From Terriglobia bacterium (lineage in GTDB: Bacteria > Acidobacteriota > Terriglobia > 20CM-2-55-15): a DNA stretch of 64,000 bases. The number at the start of each line of letters is the position of its first letter. Within the stretch, counting starts at the first letter, position 1. The notes below the pieces were generated by a model. The model saw only the letters and a program-made list of their open reading frames with translations. It did not search any database and had not been told where the DNA came from. Positions 39,371-49,575 of the stretch are shown in pieces. The stretch spans positions 288,001 through 352,000 of the forward strand of contig CBDCLE010000026.1 of NCBI GenBank assembly GCA_965218585.1, read 5' to 3'. A program made the position numbers and the translations under genes.

Positions 39371-40033
39371 TCAATCAGCGGCAAAGCAGTAGAAGTAGCC
39401 GTTGCCACCGGTCCCGATCAGGTTGTCCTGGCTGCAGCCCCTGCTGAAGTGTGTGGCATTCCATGAGGTATTTCCCCCACCGGTGCGGTCATGGTGACCG
39501 AGCATGGCATTGCCTGCATCGTTGCTGCTCCAGTTGTTACAGGTTGTCACTTCGGGGTTTATTCCAATCAGAGCAAAGCCGCGTGAGTCCGATCCTGTCA
39601 GCATGTCATGCTGGTTGCCCGGAATCTCATTTCCCTCTTCTGTGATTGCCGTGGAGCTTCCGATTGCATTTCGATCACGCAAAACGTCTCCGTGGAGATC
39701 GGCCACATTCGCGGCGATCATCTGGCCGTTGGCGTTATACCAGGGACCCGTGCCGATGCGGTCGCGCGCATTGATCCGCATCTCTGGGCCCCCGAAACGC
39801 GCGGATTGACTCAGATACGCCCGCCACGTCCGGTTGCCGGCTCCGGCGGCCGCGGCCAGCATCTGGCAGTGAGCGTCGGCCCCGTCCAGGCCACCCAGGT
39901 TGGCGCCGTCGCCCGACCCTCTACTGGTAATGAAAAAACTCATCCCCGGACCGTCCTGGGCACTGGCGATATTGGGAATCACGATCAGCGCCGCAACTGT
40001 GAGCGCAACAACTATGCCTGTTTTCCTATTCAT
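39371..40033 (-). CDS. secreted endostatin/C-type-lectin-fold protein (paralog 1)
   Basis: GANLGGLDGADAHCQ.LA, WRAYLS, ARDRIG.GPW, TCNNW and YFYCFAAD. Confidence 0.78.
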   Translation of the reverse strand: MNRKTGIVVALTVAALIVIPNIASAQDGPGMSFFITSRGSGDGANLGGLDGADAHCQMLAAAAGAGNRTWRAYLSQSARFGGPEMRINARDRIGTGPWYNANGQMIAANVADLHGDVLRDRNAIGSSTAITEEGNEIPGNQHDMLTGSDSRGFALIGINPEVTTCNNWSSNDAGNAMLGHHDRTGGGNTSWNATHFSRGCSQDNLIGTGGNGYFYCFAAD

Positions 40034-40110
40034 AATATTTTCCTCTTTCCTTCTTGTGTGGTTTCTCCGGGCGAGGTTCAAACGCCCGACAAAATGATTC
40101 GAAAACTGTC

Positions 40111-40791
40111 TCAATCTGCGGCGAAGCAATAAAAGTAGCCGTTGCCTCCCGTCGAGTTCAGATTCTCCTGGCTGCAGCCGTTCGACATGTGTACGGCATT
40201 CCATGAGACATTCCCGCCACCGATGCGGTCATGATGACCGACCATGGCATTACCCGCGTCGTTACTTGTCCAGTTGTTGCATGTCGTCACATCCGCCCGG
40301 CCAATCAACGCAAAGCCCCGGGAGTCGGAACCGGTCAGGATGTCATGCTGGTTGGGTTGGTCACCGACACCATTGATGGGATCTCCGTTCTCGTCTACGG
40401 CGCTCTGTTTCCTGACGTTGTTGCGGTCGCGCTGAACGTCACCGTGAAGATCGGCCACGCTCGCGGCGATCATCTGGCCGTTGGCGTTATACCAAGGACC
40501 GCTGCCGATACGATCACGCGCGTTGACGGCGGGGCTCGCACCTCCGCGCCCGCCCGTCTGAGTTCGGCTCAGATAGGCATGCCAGTGACGGTCGCCGGCT
40601 CCAGCAGCGGCAGCCAGCATCTGGCAGTGGGCGTCGGCCCCAGCAAGGTCTCCCAGATTGGCGCCGTCTCCGGGACCCGAACTGGTAACGAAGAAACTCA
40701 TCCCTGGCCCGTCCTGCGCACTGACAATATTGGGAACTGCGAGTAGGGTTGCTACTGCTAGCGCAACGGATATCCATGTCTTCCTGTACAT
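40111..40791 (-). CDS. secreted endostatin/C-type-lectin-fold protein (paralog 2)
   Basis: Same motifs as paralog 1; signal peptide MYRKTWISVALAVA. Confidence 0.78.
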   Translation of the reverse strand: MYRKTWISVALAVATLLAVPNIVSAQDGPGMSFFVTSSGPGDGANLGDLAGADAHCQMLAAAAGAGDRHWHAYLSRTQTGGRGGASPAVNARDRIGSGPWYNANGQMIAASVADLHGDVQRDRNNVRKQSAVDENGDPINGVGDQPNQHDILTGSDSRGFALIGRADVTTCNNWTSNDAGNAMVGHHDRIGGGNVSWNAVHMSNGCSQENLNSTGGNGYFYCFAAD

Positions 40792-41021
40792 AATACTTTC
40801 CTCTTTTGATCTTCGGTTTATCTGGGTGTCGCCCGGTGGACGCACCGATCCAAAAAAGCCAAATCGGCTGAACTTTACTAGTACGGCGAATCATAGTCCT
40901 GTGGACGAAGGTTTACAAGTGTAACGGCCATTCTCGAACTGATGCAAAGGTTCTTGACTCCTGTGCAATCTGGAACAAATATGGACCGGAATCATCAAGA
41001 TAAGGATTGGAGAAAAGGAAC

Positions 41022-42455
41022 ATGAGAAATCTAAATCGTTGGGCGTACCGACTGACGTTGGCTACCGTCATCCTGGCAGTCGGAACGACAACTGTTTGGG
41101 GGCAATCGGCAATCCCCACACGCGGTGGAAACGATGGGATCGAGAGGCAGGGTTTCCAGGGTCGCGGTGGGACAGAGGCGGAAGAGCCTTTTGAGCAGGT
41201 GGTATCTGCGCTGGCCACGATTTCGGGAGAAATCACAGGACCGGGAACGATGTTCGAGTCGTTGATGGAACTGCCTCCAACCGACGACATGGCTCATTAC
41301 GGCTACGTAGCGAAGGAATACTTCGTTTCAGGCATGGCCAACGGAGCTCCGTACAAAACCCGCATTGTCGTTCGCAAGCCGGCCGACGACGATGACTTCA
41401 GTGGACTGGTCCTTGCCGAATCGATGCATCCGAGCGGGAACGCCTGGATGTTGCATTTCACTCATCGCTATACCATGAATTCCGGACACATCTCGGTCGA
41501 CATTCTTACGAGCAACCCGACGGCATTCGCCGAATACAACGAAGAACGCTATGGAGATCTCGAAACGACGAACGGACAGTCCAGCGAGATCATTGCTCAG
41601 GTCGGGGCCCTTCTGAAATCACGGCAGGCCAACAGCCCGCTCGCCGGACTACCCCTGAGGAAAATGGTTCTTGCAGGGACTTCCGCGTCTGCAGGAGTGT
41701 TGATTCGATACCTGCCCACACATATGTCGATGCGGCTCGCGGATCTCGGGCCCATCTTTGACGGTTTCCTGCCCACGAGCACAGGCGGAACGATCCAGTC
41801 AGTCGATGTGCCGTTGATCCAGGTTCCGACAATGACTGAAGTGCATCGCGGCAACGCCACGACGCGGCAGGATGGCGACGAACCCGACAATCAGTACCGG
41901 TCGTACGAGTTTGCAGGTATGGCCCACATCGATTCCCGGGACGCTGCAGCTTACTACCCGGATCCGTGCAAGTTCCCGATCAGCCGATTCCCGATGGCCG
42001 CTTACATGTCGGTGGCCCTGGACCACCTCTTAAAATGGGTGGATGAAGGCATCACGCCGCCACGTGCCCAGCGAATCTGGGTTGACCGCACGACGGCCAA
42101 TGACGGCTCACACATGGCTCTGGACGAGTACGGGAACGCAATCGGGGGCATCCGCAACCCGTACGTCGACGTGCCGACCAAGAAGATCTCTGTTCGAAAC
42201 GAAGGAGCCGATCCGCCGATTCCGGACGCCCATCCGTTTGTCGGAACTCGCGGACCGCAGGCACAGAATCAGTTATGCGGGCTTGCGGGCTACGAAATAG
42301 CGTTCTCCCGGAACCAATTGAAAGAACTTTACGGGGACATGCGTAACTACAAGGCCAAGGTAGAGCAAAGCTATGACCAAAGAGTGCGGGAAGGCTGGGC
42401 CCTGCCCGTATACAAGGACGTGGTCATGGCCGACGCCGCTTCGGTGGAGTTTTAG
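41022..42455 (+). CDS. secreted alpha/beta-hydrolase-domain protein
   Basis: Signal peptide; EYFVSG, YKTRIVVR.P, GTSAS, YEFAGMAH and DEYGNAIGGIR. Confidence 0.75.
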   Translation: MRNLNRWAYRLTLATVILAVGTTTVWGQSAIPTRGGNDGIERQGFQGRGGTEAEEPFEQVVSALATISGEITGPGTMFESLMELPPTDDMAHYGYVAKEYFVSGMANGAPYKTRIVVRKPADDDDFSGLVLAESMHPSGNAWMLHFTHRYTMNSGHISVDILTSNPTAFAEYNEERYGDLETTNGQSSEIIAQVGALLKSRQANSPLAGLPLRKMVLAGTSASAGVLIRYLPTHMSMRLADLGPIFDGFLPTSTGGTIQSVDVPLIQVPTMTEVHRGNATTRQDGDEPDNQYRSYEFAGMAHIDSRDAAAYYPDPCKFPISRFPMAAYMSVALDHLLKWVDEGITPPRAQRIWVDRTTANDGSHMALDEYGNAIGGIRNPYVDVPTKKISVRNEGADPPIPDAHPFVGTRGPQAQNQLCGLAGYEIAFSRNQLKELYGDMRNYKAKVEQSYDQRVREGWALPVYKDVVMADAASVEF

Positions 42456-42470
42456 CAGCGTCTCGTCCAA

Positions 42471-42505
42471 AGAGAACGGGATGCCAGATAGGCGTCCCGC
42501 TCTCT
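42471..42505. terminator. hairpin between convergent genes
   Basis: AGAGAACGGGATGCC-AGATA-GGCGTCCCGCTCTCT. Confidence 0.55.
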
Positions 42506-42552
42506 TCTCAAACTGTCAAACCCACCAGCGAAATCTTCGGCGCCAGCCGAGT

Positions 42553-42960
42553 CTAGTTGACGGCCGGATCGTTCGGATTAGAAGATCCCGCAAACAGACT
42601 GCGGCCTTCCTTTGTAACCGTCGAAGCGTTCACCATCGGCGATCCATCCCGCGCCAGAGCGCCTTCCACGCTTACAGCGTCACCTGGCTGCAACGTATCG
42701 GGCAACCATCCCTGCCTGAAAAGACGGGTTGGAGGGCCGCCTTCAACGGCGTAGTTGGTCACCTGGCCGTTTTCGCCTCTCACATCCACATAGAAATAGA
42801 TGTGCGGGCTCATCCACTCCATCTTCGTCACGGTACCTTCGAGCTCGATCCGTTTGTCCGCGTCGTATTGCGCGGCAAACGAATGGTGGGCGCTTGCCGT
42901 TGCGCCTGCCAGCGCGAGGCCAAACACTACGCCAAAAACGATCAACAGATTCCATTTCAT
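42553..42960 (-). CDS. DUF6152-like periplasmic protein (copy 1)
   Basis: Signal peptide ending ASA|HHSF; GTVT..EW.SPH; GW...TLQPGD.V.V.G. Confidence 0.8.
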   Translation of the reverse strand: MKWNLLIVFGVVFGLALAGATASAHHSFAAQYDADKRIELEGTVTKMEWMSPHIYFYVDVRGENGQVTNYAVEGGPPTRLFRQGWLPDTLQPGDAVSVEGALARDGSPMVNASTVTKEGRSLFAGSSNPNDPAVN

Positions 42961-42980
42961 CAGATTCTTTACCTCCAGAC

Positions 42981-43697
42981 CTAGCCCTGGGGACCTATAA
43001 CGACGCCAGGTACCAGATGTTCCGCATCTCTTTCGTTCTCCGTGCATGTGTAGTCCATGACGCGATCGTTTTCCATCAGTTCGAAGGTCTTGCTTACCGT
43101 GAACGGCTCTGTATAGAAGAGGGGGTCCTCTATGGTGATTTCCCAATCGAGCGTGTTCGAATCGGTTCTTCGAATGCGCTCCTCCAGCCGCAATTGATCA
43201 CTGTGCTGGTGACCGATATTGTCCAGATCGGCTCTCGCGTTGATGCCCACGGTTTCGAAGATCAGCGTATCTCCTTCATAACGACCCACAGAGTGTCCCA
43301 TCCATTCGGGAGCGGCGAAAACGATGTCCGGATGATCCCGGCCATCGGTGTACACGATTCGAAAGGTGCGGCGGACCTCATAGGCGATAATGAGCATTTC
43401 AGGCGTCTGCATGATCCTGAAGGGAAAGTTGGCCATCCAGGTTCGGCTTGGGCCCATCGGCAGACAGCGCGCTGCGGTGTTCAGGGCGTGATCGAAGTTC
43501 ATATAGCGTTCAAGCCCGTAGTCGGTATAAGGAAGTTCGCCCACCTGTCGCTCGAAGTTCGGGCTCAGGACGGCGTTGCCCGATCCGATCCAGAGCCCAC
43601 TTACATCGGGCATGGGTCCGGACTGAGCGAGGGCGGCGGCCGGAGCTATGCTCAACAACACCACAGCAGCCATGGTCGGTACAAAAGCTGATCTCAT
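42981..43697 (-). CDS. conserved periplasmic hypothetical protein, partner of DUF6152
   Basis: PDVSGLW, RCLPMGP, DGRDHP, WMGHSVGRYEGDTL, HSDQLRLEER and YTCTEN. Confidence 0.8.
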   Translation of the reverse strand: MRSAFVPTMAAVVLLSIAPAAALAQSGPMPDVSGLWIGSGNAVLSPNFERQVGELPYTDYGLERYMNFDHALNTAARCLPMGPSRTWMANFPFRIMQTPEMLIIAYEVRRTFRIVYTDGRDHPDIVFAAPEWMGHSVGRYEGDTLIFETVGINARADLDNIGHQHSDQLRLEERIRRTDSNTLDWEITIEDPLFYTEPFTVSKTFELMENDRVMDYTCTENERDAEHLVPGVVIGPQG

Positions 43698-43875
43698 CTG
43701 AAATTCCTCCCCTACACATTGAGCGCTGAGATTGACGCAAGTCTACAAGATTCGACCAGCGGCATCAATTGAATCAGACGGTCTGGGTCCTGACTTGAAA
43801 ACTTCCCGGTGCGGGCGTAGGCTAGGCTTCGAAATGGCACCCACAACACGACAGAAAAACGAAGAGGCTTTACCT

Positions 43876-44958
43876 ATGAGAAGAACACATTTCCTAACCT
43901 GGATCCTGGTCTTTACAGCAACGGCCAGCCTGTTTGCCACCCGAGGCATTGCCCAACGGGATCCGTTCATGCAAACGCTGACAAACATGATGGTCCAGGG
44001 CCAGATCGAAGCTCAGCGAAGCGGAGCCGAGCCGGTGCGCGAGATCATAAACGTGACTGGAGATCTGTACCGATTCCGAAGCGGCGGACATTACGGGCTC
44101 TTCCTGGTGACGTCGGGGGGAATCATCCTCGTCGATCCACTAAACACAGATGCGTCGACCTGGCTCAAGGGTGAACTGGACGAACGGTTCAATGTGCCGG
44201 TTCGCTACGTCATCTACAGCCACTTCCATTACGACCATATCGAGGGCGGCGGCGTCTTTTCCGACACCGCAGAGATCGTCGCTCATGAGAACACGGTGGA
44301 TGCGATCTACCGCGGCGTGGCCCAGACCCTTCCGGGCGCCAGCTATGACGAGAACGGTGACGCTATCCTCCAACGCGAGGAAGCCGTCACAGGGATGAGG
44401 GCTGCCTTCGATCGCCTGGATCGGAACGGAGATGACCTTTTGACGGGCGCAGAGATGTTTGCGGAGATTCCCCCGCCGGACATCACCTACTCCGACAGGC
44501 ACACCCTGACGCTGGGCGGCAAGAACGTCGAACTGATCTATCCGGGTCCCAACCACGCACCCGATATGACAGTGGTTCTCTTCCCCGATGAACGAACGAT
44601 GTTCACTGTGGATATCATCAGCATCGGTGGGCTACCTCTGGAACCGTATTTCGACCGGAGGCCCCTGACATCGTGGATCCAATCGATCCGCACGATCGAA
44701 TCGCTCGACTTCGACATCGCGGCCCTCGGACACGGCAACACGATGGGGACCAAGGCCGACGTCAGTGATCAGCGCGCCTATTTTGAAAACCTTGTCCGAA
44801 TCGTGTCGGAGGCGATGGATGCGGGCATGAGCCTCGATGAATTCAAAGCCACTTCACCCCTGGAAGAATACAGTGATTGGGGCAACTACGAGATGCTCAG
44901 TGGGCCGCATGTCGATTGGGCGTGGGAGAACCTGACGGCGTATCCTCTATCAGACTAG
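43876..44958 (+). CDS. MBL-fold metallo-hydrolase with inserted EF-hand pair
   Basis: SHFHYDHIEGG, NH, D and GHG; EF-hand loops DENGDAILQREE and DRNGDDLLTGAE. Confidence 0.85.
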   Translation: MRRTHFLTWILVFTATASLFATRGIAQRDPFMQTLTNMMVQGQIEAQRSGAEPVREIINVTGDLYRFRSGGHYGLFLVTSGGIILVDPLNTDASTWLKGELDERFNVPVRYVIYSHFHYDHIEGGGVFSDTAEIVAHENTVDAIYRGVAQTLPGASYDENGDAILQREEAVTGMRAAFDRLDRNGDDLLTGAEMFAEIPPPDITYSDRHTLTLGGKNVELIYPGPNHAPDMTVVLFPDERTMFTVDIISIGGLPLEPYFDRRPLTSWIQSIRTIESLDFDIAALGHGNTMGTKADVSDQRAYFENLVRIVSEAMDAGMSLDEFKATSPLEEYSDWGNYEMLSGPHVDWAWENLTAYPLSD

Positions 44959-44966
44959 TTTGCTTG

Positions 44967-45029
44967 CTGTAGGTGCGCTCTTGTGAGCGCATACAAACGA
45001 AAACGTGCGCTCATAGAGCGCACCTACAG
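44967..45029. repeat. GTAG-type REP doublet (REPIN)
   Basis: CTGTAGGTGCGCTCTTGTGAGCGCA...GTGCGCTCATAGAGCGCACCTACAG. Confidence 0.85.
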
Positions 45030-45207
45030 TCGAAAAGGCGGATACCGGTTTCAAGGCACCAACGGAATAAGCGGTAACACGAACACAAGCGAGAACGATC
45101 AGCCGCTTGCATCGTCAAGGAAGGGTTCCTTGCCGAGAGTGTCGACCCGCGCGACTAAACGTCGATGTTGCCATTCACCGAACAAAGGATTTGCTTCGTT
45201 TGAAACT

Positions 45208-46014
45208 TCAGTCGATCAAGTTCCCCGATCCGATCAGTCTCTGGAACGCAAGCTCCTCTTCAGGCACGCAGTAGACCTGCTCATCCCAGTCGCTGTTCTT
45301 CTCACGGTTCAACTCGAAGATCTTCCGATCACTCTCGAATGGTTCGGAGTAAACGACGGGATCGATGATCGTCATCGTGAGTTCCATCGTATCGGCGTCC
45401 AGGCGGCGGTAGCGCTCCTCCAGCCGCATCTCTCCGGAATGTGGATAACCGAACTTGTCCAGCCAGCTTCGCTCGTCTATCCCGATGGTCTCAACAACGA
45501 GTGTGTCGCCCTCCATCCGGCCGATGGAATAACCCTGCCACCTGGGACCGAGCTCATCGATCGAGGGAAACTCCCGCCCGTCCATCCAGATTTCGCGCCA
45601 GTCATGCCGGTACTCGAAGAACTGAAATATCCGTCCCGGCGTCTGGACGATTTCAAACGTCGAGTGCGGATCCACAATCTCGACATTGACGTTTCGAGGT
45701 ATGCCCGCGGGTTCGCACCGGCCAAGAGGGTCGTTTCTTTCAAGCGCTCTTCGGGGCCCATAGCCCGGTTTGTTGGCATCGTACATGGCCCGGCCTTCTT
45801 CAGTGAACGGAGCCTCCTGGGCACCGGGGTCCTCGCCGGCTGCACCCGTCGGTACATTACCGAAAGTAATGATGGGTGTCGTGCGCACCCAGTCACCGGA
45901 TAAGTCACCCGGGTCGAACGAGCCCCCGGATTGAGACGCCGCCTCGGCCATGAGGGCCGGTGCACACACCGACAGCACAACAGCCACCATACTCAAAAGA
46001 TTTATTCGTCGCAT
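45208..46014 (-). CDS. conserved periplasmic hypothetical protein, partner of DUF6152
   Basis: DLSGDW, RCEPAG, DGREFP, WQGYSIGRMEGDTL, PHSGEMRLEERY and YCVPEE. Confidence 0.8.
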   Translation of the reverse strand: MRRINLLSMVAVVLSVCAPALMAEAASQSGGSFDPGDLSGDWVRTTPIITFGNVPTGAAGEDPGAQEAPFTEEGRAMYDANKPGYGPRRALERNDPLGRCEPAGIPRNVNVEIVDPHSTFEIVQTPGRIFQFFEYRHDWREIWMDGREFPSIDELGPRWQGYSIGRMEGDTLVVETIGIDERSWLDKFGYPHSGEMRLEERYRRLDADTMELTMTIIDPVVYSEPFESDRKIFELNREKNSDWDEQVYCVPEEELAFQRLIGSGNLID

Positions 46015-46018
46015 CGTT

Positions 46019-46416
46019 TCACATACCCTCGTCAAGAAACTCGCCGTTCACTTCAATACGGCGAGCGAAGCCAACGGTCGGTGCCGTCCTGTGGGGAGAA
46101 TAGATCAACGTGATCGTGTCGCCCGGCTTCAATGAATCGCGAGTCCAACCTCTCCGTCGCAATCCCACCGGGGAGAGCCTCATCACCCCAGCCCATTGGA
46201 CAATTTCGCCGTTCTCATCGGTATGGTCGAAAAAGACCTGGGGATGAGGGAACGTGAAGTTGAATCGCGTCACGGTTCCGCTGATCGGCCCCCGGGTCTC
46301 GTTCATGCGATATTCGACGCCGCCCCCGTGATGGGCGAGCGTAAGACCCGAGGGAGCCGAGATCACAACTGCTGCCAGAACAGAACACAAAAAACCTTTC
46401 TCATAAGAACAGCCAT
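46019..46416 (-). CDS. DUF6152-like periplasmic protein (copy 2), apparently frameshifted in its signal peptide
   Basis: LA|HHGG, GTVT.F...FPH and GWTRDSLKPGD; GGAGG-ATG at 46416 is one base out of frame across a T6 run (46389-46394). Confidence 0.72.
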
Positions 46417-46518
46417 CTGGATTGACCTCCTAATTGCAGGCCGTATCGAAACCATTACCGAAAACTGGCTAAATGATAATAAAGGGGGGAGTTAGAAGCA
46501 ATTAAAGTCTCCCCTAAC

Positions 46519-48123
46519 CTAGCCCGTTGCGGACTGGTCTGAGAGGTCTGACTGGCGGGTGCCCTTCATCAACTTGAAGTGGAGACTGTCGGCAAGAGCG
46601 ATCCAACTGGCCTCAATAATGTTTTCCGATACTCCGACGGTTCCCCAAACATCTTGTCCGTCGGAGGACTCGATCAGGACCCGCACCTTTGCGGCCGTGC
46701 CGTCTGAGCTGGAAAGGACACGGACCTTGTAGTCTTCCAGATGGACCTGGTGGATATTGGGAAACTCGGCTTCTAACGCCTTGCGCAGGGCCTGGTCCAG
46801 GGCGTTCACCGGGCCGTCCCCACCCGCCACCATGTGGTAGTGTTTCCCGTTCACCTCTACCTTCACGATCGCTTCAGCTTCGTCAGCCTCGGTTCCAATG
46901 CGCCTGTTGATTGTCCGGAACTCGACGAGCTTGAACATATCCTTGTACGTACCCTGGACGCGGCGTGCCATCAGCTCAAAAGAACCCTCGGCGGCCTCGA
47001 ATTGATAGCCTTCGTGCTCACGCTGCTTGACGCGTTCGAGCACCTGTCCCACCAGCGGGTCCTTCTTGTCGATGTCGGGGATGTACCGCCGCAGCTTGTT
47101 CACGATCGTGCTGCCACCGGACTGATCCGAAACCAGAAAACGTCGCGCGTTGCCCACCGTCTCAGGCTGGACATGTTCAAAAGAGTGCGCAACCTTCATC
47201 ACACCGTCGATGTGCGCCCCGCCCTTGTGTGCAAAGGCGCTGTCTCCAACGTAGGGCTGACGATGATCGTGGGGTGCGTTGGCGATCTCGCTCAGGAATC
47301 GGGAAAAATCTACCAGGTCGTGAAGTTTGTCGGGCCCGATACTCTGCTTTCCCATCTTGAGTTCGAGGTTGGGGATGACCGAACAGAGGCTGGCATTGCC
47401 GCAACGTTCACCAAAACCGTTGAACGTGCCTTGCACCTGTGTGGCCCCCAGCTCAACTGCGAGAAGAGAATTGGCAACGGCCAGGCCGGCGTCGTTGTGG
47501 GTGTGGATACCGAAGGGCGCGTCGATGTTTTCTCGAACATCTCTGATGATACGGTCCATGTCACTGGTAAGCGTCCCGCCGTTTGTGTCGCATAAGACCA
47601 ACACGCGTGCCCCGCCCCGTTGGGCAGCCAGCAGAGTCTCAACAGCGTATTTGGGATCCGCCTTGTAGCCATCGAAAAAATGCTCGGCGTCATAGACCAC
47701 TTCCCGATCATTCCCCACGAGAAACGCCACGGAATCTTCGATCAAAGCGAGATTTTCTTCGAGCCGGATACCAAGAACATTTTCGACGTGCAGCGTCCAG
47801 CTCTTACCGAAGATGGCAATGCTGTCGGTGCCGGCCGCAAGCAAGGTGTTCAGTATCGCGTCTTCGTCGGCAGGGTTCGAAGCGCGCCGCGTGCTTCCGA
47901 AGGCCGTGACCTTCGCCCGAAGCCCGAGCTTTCCGACTTCTTCAAAAAAGGCCAGGTCTTTCGGATTGGTAGGATTCGGCCAGCCGCCTTCAATGTAGTG
48001 GACTCCAAGTTCGTCGAGCCTTCGCGTGATGAGGAGCTTGTCCTGGAGGGAGAAAGCAATCCCTTCGCCCTGTGCGCCATCGCGCAGCGTGGTATCGTAT
48101 ATTTCGACGAACTCGGGCATCAC
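46519..48123 (-). CDS. cimA: citramalate synthase
   Basis: DTTLRDGAQGEG, IEGGWP, YDAEHFFDG, HTHND, GERCGNA, FAHKGG.H and W.TVGVSENIIEASW. Confidence 0.93.
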   Translation of the reverse strand: MMPEFVEIYDTTLRDGAQGEGIAFSLQDKLLITRRLDELGVHYIEGGWPNPTNPKDLAFFEEVGKLGLRAKVTAFGSTRRASNPADEDAILNTLLAAGTDSIAIFGKSWTLHVENVLGIRLEENLALIEDSVAFLVGNDREVVYDAEHFFDGYKADPKYAVETLLAAQRGGARVLVLCDTNGGTLTSDMDRIIRDVRENIDAPFGIHTHNDAGLAVANSLLAVELGATQVQGTFNGFGERCGNASLCSVIPNLELKMGKQSIGPDKLHDLVDFSRFLSEIANAPHDHRQPYVGDSAFAHKGGAHIDGVMKVAHSFEHVQPETVGNARRFLVSDQSGGSTIVNKLRRYIPDIDKKDPLVGQVLERVKQREHEGYQFEAAEGSFELMARRVQGTYKDMFKLVEFRTINRRIGTEADEAEAIVKVEVNGKHYHMVAGGDGPVNALDQALRKALEAEFPNIHQVHLEDYKVRVLSSSDGTAAKVRVLIESSDGQDVWGTVGVSENIIEASWIALADSLHFKLMKGTRQSDLSDQSATG

Positions 48124-48267
48124 AAACTCTCAAGAAAACAGGAAATAGGGGGTCAGAGCCCTATTTCCCCAATTTAAGTCTCTGCAATTATTACGGATAG
48201 ACGGATTTGGAAGCAAATCAAAGCGATAAGTGACGGCTAGATAACGGTGGCTTAAAGGTCTGAACGG

Positions 48268-48966
48268 CTACCGGACGGCTTCGTACATGCGTTGATCGAG
48301 CGGGCTACCGGTAGTCGGTCCCAACTCGTCGCGATATTGCCGCGTGTGGTCCGCCTCCACATGGGCCTGGTGCGCCTCCTGGCTCTCCCAGGACTCGATG
48401 ACCGTGAAATGATTCCCGCGCATCGCATGCTGCAGAACGTCGAACCGGCCATTCCCTTCGTCCCGACGGCCCTCCTCGGCCGCTCGCCGCAACAGGCCCT
48501 CAGGCGGAACCGCCGAATTGGGAGACACGTCGACGTGTGAGATGACATGAACCGCCTGGCGGTCTTGGGAAGCCGTCGACGAACCGACGGTCAACGTCTT
48601 GTATGGACGCTGGTCGTAGTCGCTGATACGGATTGGCCCGAGCGCAGCAAGGAGCTGTTCCTGGACAGCCGCCCCGCGCGTCCGGTAGGCATTCGCGTCC
48701 CGCCAGGTCTCGATGACGGCTAAATGACCCGGCGCGCCCGATTGTTCGAAAATCTCGAAGCGAACGTACCCCGGTTCTTCACTCCTGGCGGCTTCGTATT
48801 CTCTGAATGCAGCCAGCGCAGCGGCTCTGGATGCGGCCGAAGACATCACCTCAACGTAGGACACGGTGTAGGAAGCCTCGTCTGTCGGCATATCGGCCTG
48901 TCTCTGGGTTCCGAAACCGGGTGATGCCATCAGCGTGACGACCAGCAGAAGAAATAATCGTTGCAT
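48268..48966 (-). CDS. secreted double antibiotic-biosynthesis-monooxygenase (ABM) domain protein
   Basis: Two ABM repeats (EPGYVRFE...IETW; DEGNGRFDV...IESW...AH); signal peptide. Confidence 0.78.
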   Translation of the reverse strand: MQRLFLLLVVTLMASPGFGTQRQADMPTDEASYTVSYVEVMSSAASRAAALAAFREYEAARSEEPGYVRFEIFEQSGAPGHLAVIETWRDANAYRTRGAAVQEQLLAALGPIRISDYDQRPYKTLTVGSSTASQDRQAVHVISHVDVSPNSAVPPEGLLRRAAEEGRRDEGNGRFDVLQHAMRGNHFTVIESWESQEAHQAHVEADHTRQYRDELGPTTGSPLDQRMYEAVR

Positions 48967-49151
48967 GAGGAATCTCCGCGTATCGAGCATACTCTTCAAG
49001 CTTGGGACGGCGCCTCTTTTTTTACCACAACCAACGGCCCCGACAAACGCTGGAGTTCGCGACTCCTGCAGAGACATTTAATCCTTGTGTTGAATCGCAC
49101 AGTTGAGCTGGCATGATTTGTCGTTAACTTGAACCCGGGACGCAAGGACAA

Positions 49152-49559
49152 TCAAGTCTGCCCTCCCGTCTTCTTCTTCATGATCGGCTGTCCGTCCTGG
49201 AATGCCGGCGCTTCGATTCCCCAACTCCAATATTTGTCGGGGGTGACCTTCAAGTGCTTCGGAGATCCACGATCCACCGGACGCTCTACGATTTCGGCTG
49301 ATCCATGCATCTTGATCCCTCTCAGTTCCAACGGATCCGTCGATGGCACATCATCGATCACCAACGCCACCTTTGTGTTGCCATTGGCCACGTTCCTATA
49401 CTTGTGCGTTTTCTCCTGCTGGAATCCCCCGATATAAAAAGCTTCACCGTCGAATTCGAACACAACCGGAGCAACGTCGGGCTGGGACGGAGTTGAAACC
49501 GTCGCGATTCTCGCCAACCGCTGGGATTGCAGATATTCAACCTCAGACTCTGAAAACAT
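49152..49559 (-). CDS. PPOX-class (split beta-barrel) flavin/F420-dependent oxidoreductase
   Basis: YLQSQRLARIAT, PDVAPV and KYRNV...VALVIDD. Confidence 0.82.
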   Translation of the reverse strand: MFSESEVEYLQSQRLARIATVSTPSQPDVAPVVFEFDGEAFYIGGFQQEKTHKYRNVANGNTKVALVIDDVPSTDPLELRGIKMHGSAEIVERPVDRGSPKHLKVTPDKYWSWGIEAPAFQDGQPIMKKKTGGQT

Positions 49560-49575
49560 AACTCACCTCATCCGA

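Noticed and set aside
45030-45200. Short Cys-rich minus-strand ORF (MQAADRSRLCSCY...) next to a REP
   Set aside because: No RBS or family motif and it ends inside the REP; could be a degraded fragment but cannot be supported.
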